Below, one piece after another: positions 7,124 through 14,230 of a stretch of DNA of 30,759 bases. The first letter of the stretch is position 1, and every line of letters begins with the position of its first letter. A model generated the notes under the pieces. That model worked only from the letters and a program-made list of their open reading frames with translations. It was not told the origin of the DNA and searched no databases. This DNA is from Rickettsiales bacterium (GTDB taxonomy: Bacteria > Pseudomonadota > Alphaproteobacteria > Rs-D84 > CACZYB01): the NCBI GenBank assembly GCA_031288035.1, contig JAITSG010000019.1, positions 1-30,759 on the forward strand, read 5' to 3'. The position numbers were made by a program, and so were the translations under genes.

Positions 7124-9007
7124 ATGTACAAGACGACGTTCACGAACACGGCGTTCTCCAGGGGCGAGATATCCCCGCACCTTCTGGCGCGCGGCGATTT
7201 CGAATCGTACAGGAGCTGCGCGATGAAGCTCAGGAACTTCCGCGTGCTTCCGGTCGGAAGCATAAGGCGCCGCCCGGGCACGGTGTTCGTAGCCGAGCTT
7301 CCGGGCGAGGCGAGGCTTATCCCGTTCGCGTATTCGCAAAGCGATTCGTTCCTGCTCGCCTTTACGTCCGGCCGGATACTGGTGTACTCTTCGTCCGGCC
7401 GGAATGTGGGGGAGCTTTCAAGCCCGTTCATGCCGGAGCATTTCGCGAGGATATGCTATGCGCAGAAAGGGGGCGAGCTGTACCTTTCGCACCCGGACGT
7501 GCCGCCAGCCGTCATATCGTACGATCCGATTGGGGGTTCGTGGAGCGTGTCCGGATGGAATTTTTCGACCATGCCGTTTTCAGAGTTCCCGGAATTTTCC
7601 GGAATCTCGGTGAAGCCTAGCGGAACCGGCGGAAGCATAAGCCTGTCGTCGGGCGCGGATTTTTTCACGGGCGATATGGTCGGCATAGCGTTTCGCATAA
7701 ACGGCGGCGAGGTTAGGGTGTCCTCCGTGTCCTCTCCGGCCGTGGCGTCTGCGGAGGTGCTCAGGGCGCTGGATTCGGCCGCCGCCTGCGATGATTTCAC
7801 CGAGCAGGCGTTTTCCGCCCGCCGCGGATGGCCCTCCAGCATAACGTTCCACCAGGACAGGCTCGTCATAGGCGGCAGCGCGGGCATACCGAACCGCCTG
7901 TGGTTTTCGAAGACCGGCGATTACCTGAACTTCGACCTTGGCGCCGGCCTCGACGACGAGGCGATAGAGTTCAACATGCTCTCCGACCGCGTGAACGACA
8001 TAGCGGCGGTTTTTGCCGGCCGTCACCTTCAGGTGTTCACGGGCGATTCCGAATGGATGGTGAGCGGCTCGCCCTTGACTCCGACTAGCGTTATGATACG
8101 CGAGCAGACCAAGATAGGCTCCATGACCTCGCGCCTGATAAAGCCGGTGCTGGTCGAGGGCTCTACTATATTCGTCGCCAGGAACGGCAGGGAAATCCGC
8201 GAGTTTTACTACGGCGAGATAGAGGGCGGTTACCGTTCGGACGACCTTGTCGCGCTCTCCAGCCATCTTATGCAAGGCCCGGTGGAGCAGGAGTACGATG
8301 CCTCCGGCCGCATGCTTTATGTAGTGCAGGGCGACGGGAGCATGGCGGTGCTTTCACTGAACAAGGGCATGGACATAAATGCATGGTCGCATTACGAGAC
8401 CGCGGGCGAGTTCAAGTCCATAGCGTGCGTCGGCGGATCGGTGTACGTGGCCGTCCGGCGCGGCGGCAGGTGGATGGTCGAATATTTCTCGGACGACGTT
8501 GGGAGCGACTCGTCGCGCGTCGAAAATTTCGGCGTCCCTTCGTCCGTAATGCCGGGCCTGTCGCACCTGGAGGGCGGGGACGTCGTGGCCGTGGCGGACG
8601 ACTATGTGTTCGCGGGCCGCGTGGAGGGCGGAGTCTTCGAAGTTTCCCGTCCCGCCCGGAACATAAGGGTCGGCCTGCCGTTCTCGCACTGCTACTGCCC
8701 GCTGCCGGCTTTCGTCGGCCGCTCGCGTCCTCCGCGGGCGTCGAGGCTTCTGGAGCTGGTGGTGCGCGTGATCGACACTCCGCTTGTCGAGATAGACGTG
8801 GGCCGCGGCCCGCGGGCGTTCACGGGCGCGCGCTTCGGCGGTCCTGGGATTTTGGACTCGCCGCTCGCGTATTTCACCGGCGACGTGCGCGCGCACGCCT
8901 CGGGCCTAGTCCGCGGGTTCGACGTGCCCATGTTCAAGATAGAGGGCTCGCTCCCTCTTCCTGTGCACATTTTAAGCATAACGCAGACTGTTGAATGCGT
9001 AAGGTAG
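7124..9007 (+). CDS. Tail tubular protein B / nozzle (T7 gp12-like)
   Basis: N-terminal FSRGEISP.L..R.D..Y.....LRNF.V.P.G...RRPG; internal WPS..TFHQDRL and WFSKTGDY.NF; about 627 aa. Confidence 0.85.
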   Translation: MYKTTFTNTAFSRGEISPHLLARGDFESYRSCAMKLRNFRVLPVGSIRRRPGTVFVAELPGEARLIPFAYSQSDSFLLAFTSGRILVYSSSGRNVGELSSPFMPEHFARICYAQKGGELYLSHPDVPPAVISYDPIGGSWSVSGWNFSTMPFSEFPEFSGISVKPSGTGGSISLSSGADFFTGDMVGIAFRINGGEVRVSSVSSPAVASAEVLRALDSAAACDDFTEQAFSARRGWPSSITFHQDRLVIGGSAGIPNRLWFSKTGDYLNFDLGAGLDDEAIEFNMLSDRVNDIAAVFAGRHLQVFTGDSEWMVSGSPLTPTSVMIREQTKIGSMTSRLIKPVLVEGSTIFVARNGREIREFYYGEIEGGYRSDDLVALSSHLMQGPVEQEYDASGRMLYVVQGDGSMAVLSLNKGMDINAWSHYETAGEFKSIACVGGSVYVAVRRGGRWMVEYFSDDVGSDSSRVENFGVPSSVMPGLSHLEGGDVVAVADDYVFAGRVEGGVFEVSRPARNIRVGLPFSHCYCPLPAFVGRSRPPRASRLLELVVRVIDTPLVEIDVGRGPRAFTGARFGGPGILDSPLAYFTGDVRAHASGLVRGFDVPMFKIEGSLPLPVHILSITQTVECVR

Positions 9008-9023
9008 TTAAAAGGAGAATGAT

Positions 9024-9455
9024 ATGTCAACATCGAACGCCCTGCTGACGGGCTTTGATTTAGCGAAGAACACGGTCGACAAGAAGGCCGAGAAGGCCAA
9101 GTCCGACGCGGAGGCGAAGGCCAGGCTCGACAGCGAGGCCGCAAAGGACGCGATAGATTCGGAAAAGATAAGGGCCAAGGTCTCCCTGTTCGCGCGCGAC
9201 CGCACGAATCTTCTGAACGCGAAGGTCGCGGCCAACCGCGCCCGCATGGCGGCCAGCGGGCTTGACGGCACGTCGAACAGCATCCGGGCGTTCTTCGCCG
9301 CGCTTCAGAGTGCCGCGAACGAGGAGATAAGCGGCAACGCGTACTTCGCCGACCTGGATTTGGCGAAATACGACCTGAACGACCCGTCCGCCGTTTCGAG
9401 CATACTCGCCGCAGCGCAGGGGAAAAGCAAAAAGAAAAAAGTAGTGGGGTTCTGA
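9024..9455 (+). CDS. Putative internal virion (ejection) protein, gp14-like
   Basis: Ala-rich helical protein with a RARMAASGL motif, lying after tail tube B; AAAGGAG RBS. Confidence 0.5.
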   Translation: MSTSNALLTGFDLAKNTVDKKAEKAKSDAEAKARLDSEAAKDAIDSEKIRAKVSLFARDRTNLLNAKVAANRARMAASGLDGTSNSIRAFFAALQSAANEEISGNAYFADLDLAKYDLNDPSAVSSILAAAQGKSKKKKVVGF

Positions 9456-9456
9456 A

Positions 9457-9897
9457 ATGCCGTATGAAAAAGAAAACACCTCGGTATCGTATAAAGCCGA
9501 CGGCTCGTCCGTGGAGTTCGAGTTCCCGTTTAGGATCTTCCGGCCGCAGGACGTGAAGGTCGAGATAGACGACGATCCGGTCGAGGAAGGGTTTTCCGTC
9601 GCAGGGGACAAGGTGGTGTTCGCCGCGCCTCCGCCGGCCGGATCGGACATAAGCATAAGGCGGTTCCTCGATTTCACGCGCATAGGCGCGTTCACGGCCG
9701 GCGGCCCGTTCAGGGCCGAGGATGTAAATACCGAGTTCGAATACACCCGCGCGTGCATCCGCCAGATATTCGACACGGATCTGGCCGACGCGGTTGCGTT
9801 CGTTGAGGATTGCCTGAGCGCCATAGAGGAAATATACGGCGAGCTGACCGACATATGGGGCGGCCAGCTCGACTGCGGAGGCTTGGCCGATGCCTAG
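9457..9897 (+). CDS. Stand-alone T7 gp17-type tail-fibre N-terminal adaptor domain
   Basis: Y.ADG....F.FPF..F...DV.V...V.F..PP..G..I.I.R.......F..G....A..LN.EF pattern; only 146 aa. Confidence 0.78.
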   Translation: MPYEKENTSVSYKADGSSVEFEFPFRIFRPQDVKVEIDDDPVEEGFSVAGDKVVFAAPPPAGSDISIRRFLDFTRIGAFTAGGPFRAEDVNTEFEYTRACIRQIFDTDLADAVAFVEDCLSAIEEIYGELTDIWGGQLDCGGLADA

Positions 9898-10501
9898 CGC
9901 AGCGGCCGATTCGTCGTTCGTTTCGTTCCTCGGGGGCTGGAACTCGCTTATGGGCTTGTCCACGCCCGCCCACCATGTCCGCATCGCGAGATGGCTCGAG
10001 CGCGTGTTCAAAAGCAGGAAGAGGCGCGGGCTCCTGCTGGCCTTCCGGGCGAGCGGCAAGTCGACTATAGTCGGCCTGTTCATAGGATGGCTGCTGCGCG
10101 AGGATCCGAATCTGCGCATTCTGGTCGTCGCGGCGGATTCCGTTCTGGCCAAGAAGATGGTGCGTAGCGCGAGGAGGATAATCGAGATGCACCCCGGCCT
10201 GGCCGTCATCCGCCCGGTCAGGAGGGTCGAATGGGCGGGCGGATGCTTTACGGTGGAGCGCGGCATGCCTTTGCGCGATCCAAGCGTGCTTGCCATGGGC
10301 ATAGGCGCGAACATTACGGGGAGCAGGGCGGACGTGATAGTGTGCGACGACGTGGAGGTTCCGAAGAACACTTCTACCGCGGCCAGGCGCGCGGAGTTGC
10401 GCGAAAAGCTCCTGGAGCTCGACTTCGTCCTCACTCCGGACGGCATGGAGGTTTTCATAGGGACCCCGCATGTCAAGGACACTATTTACCGTGTGCGATA
10501 G
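9890..10501 (+). CDS. Terminase large subunit, N-terminal ATPase half
   Basis: Walker A AFRASGKST, Walker B VIVCDDVE, motif C FIGTPH, then stop; GGAGG RBS 8 nt upstream. Confidence 0.88.
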   Translation: MPSAAADSSFVSFLGGWNSLMGLSTPAHHVRIARWLERVFKSRKRRGLLLAFRASGKSTIVGLFIGWLLREDPNLRILVVAADSVLAKKMVRSARRIIEMHPGLAVIRPVRRVEWAGGCFTVERGMPLRDPSVLAMGIGANITGSRADVIVCDDVEVPKNTSTAARRAELREKLLELDFVLTPDGMEVFIGTPHVKDTIYRVR

Positions 10502-10870
10502 CCGGCTTGCGTTCGCGGTCGTTCGTCCTGTTCGCGGCTTTCGCCAAGTGCGTGCGGCGCTGAACTGCGCGCGGCAACATTTGCGAAGCATCATGCCCTT
10601 GTGCGGGGAGGGCATCCGGCCGGAAGCGCATCCGCAGGAGCTGTTTTTCGATTCTCGCGCGGACAACGGCCCTTGCCGCATGGCCGGCGTTCCTCGTTTG
10701 CGCGGACAACGGCCTTCGTTTTGCGAACCTATGTCCCTCATTTCGCTCGGACGCCGCCCGTCATTCGCGCAAGATGGCAGATTATATTCCCAGCCATAGG
10801 CGGCAAGAAAGGCCAAAACAGGCCAGAATCCGCCGATTTTTAGACAACAAAGAAATATTGTATAATTTTA

Positions 10871-10900
10871 TTGACAAACGAATTATTTTTCGTATAGAAT
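10871..10900 (+). promoter_or_regulatory. sigma70-like promoter, sRNA candidate 1
   Basis: TTGACA (10871) with TATAGA at 16 nt or TAGAAT at 18 nt spacing, in an AT-rich context. Confidence 0.65.
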
Positions 10901-10906
10901 GCAGCC

Positions 10907-11013
10907 ATTCCGCGAAAGCGGTACGAGTTTGCCGGAACGACCCCTCATTTCGGCAATAACCCCCGGGTCATTCCCTCCTTATTTCTCTCTCTCCTCTTGA
11001 TCCGGGGGATTTT
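10907..11013 (+). ncRNA. Small RNA candidate 1 (three hairpins, CU-rich loops)
   Basis: CCGC-GAAA-GCGG; 9-bp stem with loop CGACCCCTCA; 11-bp stem CCCCCGGGTCA/TGATCCGGGGG with a 27-nt pyrimidine loop, then ATTTT; no credible ORF. Confidence 0.55.
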
Positions 11014-11067
11014 CAAAGGGCCGCGGCCTTGCGCCGAAAGCCGCGCGGACATGCGTCAAGTTTTTCC

Positions 11068-11096
11068 TTGCATACCTGGCTGTTGCCTGCTAGAGT
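11068..11096 (+). promoter_or_regulatory. sigma70-like promoter with extended -10
   Basis: TTGCAT-17 nt-TAGAGT, with TG at 11088-11089. Confidence 0.5.
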
Positions 11097-11108
11097 TGGA
11101 TTCGTACG

Positions 11109-11136
11109 GACCGGATTGCCGGTCGGGTATTTTTTT
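11109..11136 (+). terminator. Intrinsic terminator
   Basis: GACCGG-ATTG-CCGGTC, then GGGTA and T7. Confidence 0.6.
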
Positions 11137-11337
11137 ATGGGAAAGTTGGCGTTGCGAATCGCATGCTGACGAATCGCGTTTTTTGATGCGTCCGGCCCGT
11201 AAAAAAGAATCAATTTTTAGGCAGTTAGGGTGTGGAATATAAATATTGAATTAATTTTTTAGATTTTGTATTCGTTTGATTTTACTGTGATTTCGGTTGG
11301 AATCATATACGAAACTTCGGTTTTGTGTCGAAACCGC

Positions 11338-11366
11338 TTGACTTTTCAAAACCTATCGCCTATGAA
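11338..11366 (+). promoter_or_regulatory. sigma70-like promoter, sRNA candidate 2
   Basis: TTGACT-17 nt-TATGAA; loss of the -7 T is common in alphaproteobacterial promoters. Confidence 0.55.
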
Positions 11367-11372
11367 TCACTA

Positions 11373-11480
11373 TGCGAGGCGATGGAATTGTTCTCTCAAT
11401 AACAAAACCTCCGGATTATTCCCTGTTGTATTCCTTTTCTCTCCTTTCCTCCTTCTCTCCTTACAACAGGGAGTTTTTTT
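11373..11480 (+). ncRNA. Small RNA candidate 2 (terminator stem with CU-rich loop)
   Basis: 13-bp stem ATTCCCTGTTGTA/TACAACAGGGAGT enclosing a 31-nt pure pyrimidine loop, followed by a T-tract. Confidence 0.55.
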
Positions 11481-11482
11481 AT

Positions 11483-11511
11483 TTGTACGGCCTTTGATTT
11501 TGTGGTATAAT
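11483..11511 (+). promoter_or_regulatory. sigma70 promoter, apparently leaderless, of the secreted protein gene
   Basis: TTGTAC-17 nt-TATAAT with extended TG; ATG follows 7 nt later; no SD sequence. Confidence 0.7.
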
Positions 11512-11518
11512 TGGGTCG

Positions 11519-13474
11519 ATGAGGAAAGGAATCTGTCATATACTGGCGTTTTTGCTGGCCCTGTCGGCCTCCGCTGGCGCCGCGACCCAGAAAAAGGCCG
11601 CCAGATCCGCGGGCAAGACCGGCGGGCACAAGGCCAAGAGGGTCAAGAAGAAGGAAACGACCACACAGCGGCTCGTTGGCGTTCCGAACGCTCCGTCAGA
11701 GCCCGGCGCCACTGCGACCAGCCCGCCAGTGTTTCAGAAGTATTTCGAATATCCGAACATAACGTTCTATAACGGCCAGAGCTATCCGCTTCAAAGCTTC
11801 ATGACTCCTTCGGTGGTTCAGGCATATCAGGCCTACGGCTCCGATTCGCGGGGGGAAAGGCTGTGCTTTTCGTGCCTGACGCTCCAGGGGACCAGCTCCG
11901 GCGGCCTTCCGCCCGAAACCGTGTCCGCGACCGCGGCGCAGAAGGCCTGTACTCCGCTAAAGGCTGGATATTCGTATGTTTTCGTCGTTGACCAGAACGC
12001 GACCGCCACGTGCGGCATGTCCGGGACCTTGACGATGGAGGACGCGAACAAATCCGTCCGCGGCCAGATGCCTATAACGTTTTCGATAAACACGGCCGCC
12101 CTGTCCGATCCGAACAACTTCGACGATCCGGACAAGACGTTCGACCAGCTGTTCGCCAATTTCGACAAGGTCAGGAACGGGATAAAGAGCGCGTATGAGA
12201 ATGTGAACGAGAAGTGCCGCGCGGCCAAGAAAGGGGTTAGCTCCCTGAAGGCCGCGGTTTCCGGCGCCACGACCCTTTCCGGCATAGGCATAGCGACTAG
12301 CGCGCTCGGCACCGGGGCGAGCGCCTGGAGCACGATTAACACTAAGAAGATAAAGGGCGGCCAGGAGGATCTGGCCAACGCCGACAAGGCGATACGCGAC
12401 GCGCTTGCGGTGTTGGACGCGGAGGCTGTTAAGATAGCCGAGGGTGACGGGAGGACAGCTTGGAAAGAATCTGAGAAATACGCCGCTATCCTTGAAGGCG
12501 GCCGGTGGGAGCCGGACGATTCGTCCGCGACCGAGGGGAAGATAAAGCTGTTTAAGAGCAAGAGTGTCGATGAAAAAGCCCAGGCCGACCATACCATTAA
12601 CTTCACCCAGGCGGTGAAGGAGTTGGAGAAGAATAGGAATGCCGAGCCATTGGCAGAGAATGATATTATTCGGCAATCCTCTCTAGTTACAACAGCCGCC
12701 AACAACGGAACAAAGCTTTGTGATGTCGATATTACTGGCAAGACCATCGCAGATAAGGATATCCAAGAGGTTAGATCTGATCTGAACAGTTCCGTTGACG
12801 ATTTTAGAAACAACGGAACCGGAGCTGCGGAAATGGCGGCTGGTGAAAAATACGACCTGCTTATAAAGGAGTGCGATACCGCAAAAGATAACGCGAGTAA
12901 AGCGGTTGGCAAGACTGATTCGCAATCTATAAGGAGTAGAGAAAATTTTGAAAGAAATTATGGGGAGGGATTTGACTGCAAGCCTGATCCGGATCAATCC
13001 CCTGGTGCAAATGTTCCTGTCAAAAAAGCAGCTTTGCAGAAAGCTCGTTATAATTTGACCGCAGCTGGCGTTGCTCTTACTCCTGAACAAAAAAGCAAAA
13101 TAAGATGCGTGGAAGACGCTATTGCCAAGCTCAACGAAGTGCAAAACGGCACCGGCTTCAACGAGAAGCTTGCCAAGCTTAGGACTGCCGAGGCCGCTGC
13201 GAAGTCGTTCGAGGATACGAAGGAGGACGCCCAGAGCGCGCGCAACCTGTCGTTCGGGCTCGACATGGGCGCGTCGGCCGCCGGTCTTGCCACGACCGGC
13301 TTGTCCGCCTTCGGTCTGGGCAAGGGCGCGGAAGCGGCAGGGGACGTGGACAAGGCGGCCGAGCAGGTCAAGGCCTGCGCCGACGCGTCGGCCGGATTGA
13401 CCAAGGCCCTGTCCGACTACGACGAATACGTCCGCTCGCTCGAGGAGGAGGAAGAGGAGGATTTCATATGGTAA
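11519..13474 (+). CDS. Large secreted helical protein with two Gly/Ala-rich hydrophobic helices
   Basis: Signal peptide (ILAFLLALSASAGA); hydrophobic segments LSGIGIATSALGTGASAW and LSFGLDMGASAAGLATTGLSAFGLG; acidic tail. Confidence 0.8.
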   Translation: MRKGICHILAFLLALSASAGAATQKKAARSAGKTGGHKAKRVKKKETTTQRLVGVPNAPSEPGATATSPPVFQKYFEYPNITFYNGQSYPLQSFMTPSVVQAYQAYGSDSRGERLCFSCLTLQGTSSGGLPPETVSATAAQKACTPLKAGYSYVFVVDQNATATCGMSGTLTMEDANKSVRGQMPITFSINTAALSDPNNFDDPDKTFDQLFANFDKVRNGIKSAYENVNEKCRAAKKGVSSLKAAVSGATTLSGIGIATSALGTGASAWSTINTKKIKGGQEDLANADKAIRDALAVLDAEAVKIAEGDGRTAWKESEKYAAILEGGRWEPDDSSATEGKIKLFKSKSVDEKAQADHTINFTQAVKELEKNRNAEPLAENDIIRQSSLVTTAANNGTKLCDVDITGKTIADKDIQEVRSDLNSSVDDFRNNGTGAAEMAAGEKYDLLIKECDTAKDNASKAVGKTDSQSIRSRENFERNYGEGFDCKPDPDQSPGANVPVKKAALQKARYNLTAAGVALTPEQKSKIRCVEDAIAKLNEVQNGTGFNEKLAKLRTAEAAAKSFEDTKEDAQSARNLSFGLDMGASAAGLATTGLSAFGLGKGAEAAGDVDKAAEQVKACADASAGLTKALSDYDEYVRSLEEEEEEDFIW

Positions 13475-14022
13475 GGCGCAAGGCAATCGTCGTTCCCGGC
13501 CGTCTCGCCGTTCCCGCGCGTGCGGGCGTGGCTATGGCCTGGTTTCTCGCGTTCTCGGCCCCCGCGTTTTCCGCCGACGCGCGCATCACGGGGCCGAAGA
13601 AAAAGCTCGACGCCCAGATTGAGGCCCTGAACGCTGTTTCCCAGAAATGCCGTCCGAACAGCAAGGACATCTCGGATATTTCCGGCTCGCTGACCGCGGG
13701 CAATATCACGAACGCCGTCGCGATAGCCGGCGGCGGTACGGCCATGGTGACTAGCGGTATTTCCGTCTTCAAGGAATTCCAGTACAAGGGATTGCAGAAG
13801 AAAGATGAGCTGACGGACGAGGAAAAGAAGAAGATGGAGAAGACTACCGACGCGCAGGGCAAGCTCCGCCTCGCCTCCGCCATAGGTTCTGGCGTCGCCA
13901 CGGCCGGCAACACGGTTTCCACCCTCACGCTGAACAGCGCGGCTGGCAAGCTGGATAAGGCCCTGGAGTATTACGGCGGATGCTTCGATGCGCTCGAGGC
14001 CGTGGACACGACCGGCTGGTGA
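13468..14022 (+). CDS. Secreted protein, compact paralog of the upstream gene
   Basis: Signal-peptide-like segment AMAWFLAFSAPAFSA; shared motifs KCR, two Gly-rich helices, DAQ..R and DKA.E...C.DA. Confidence 0.75.
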   Translation: MVRRKAIVVPGRLAVPARAGVAMAWFLAFSAPAFSADARITGPKKKLDAQIEALNAVSQKCRPNSKDISDISGSLTAGNITNAVAIAGGGTAMVTSGISVFKEFQYKGLQKKDELTDEEKKKMEKTTDAQGKLRLASAIGSGVATAGNTVSTLTLNSAAGKLDKALEYYGGCFDALEAVDTTGW

Positions 14023-14178
14023 TGGTCCCGTCGTTCCGGCGCAGGCCGGTTCAGTCACCCCGGCGCAGGCCGGGGCCCCCTGTTCGGTATAGTTGCATAT
14101 TCTTTGCCGCGGGATGGCTGCCTTTCGGCTTCGCTTTGTTTCGCCGGGGCAAGCCGCCGGCATGATAACGGCCTTTAC

Positions 14179-14205
14179 TCCCCGCCTCCCGCGGGGATTT
14201 TTTTT
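14179..14205 (+). terminator. Intrinsic terminator immediately upstream of the portal gene
   Basis: TCCCCGC-CTCCC-GCGGGGA then T8; the portal RBS begins 12 nt later. Confidence 0.72.
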
Positions 14206-14230
14206 ATTTCAACGACAGAAAGGAGAAGCA

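Noticed and set aside
10568-10760. Possible mini-CRISPR array
   Set aside because: Only two 15-bp copies, too short for CRISPR repeats, and no cas genes.
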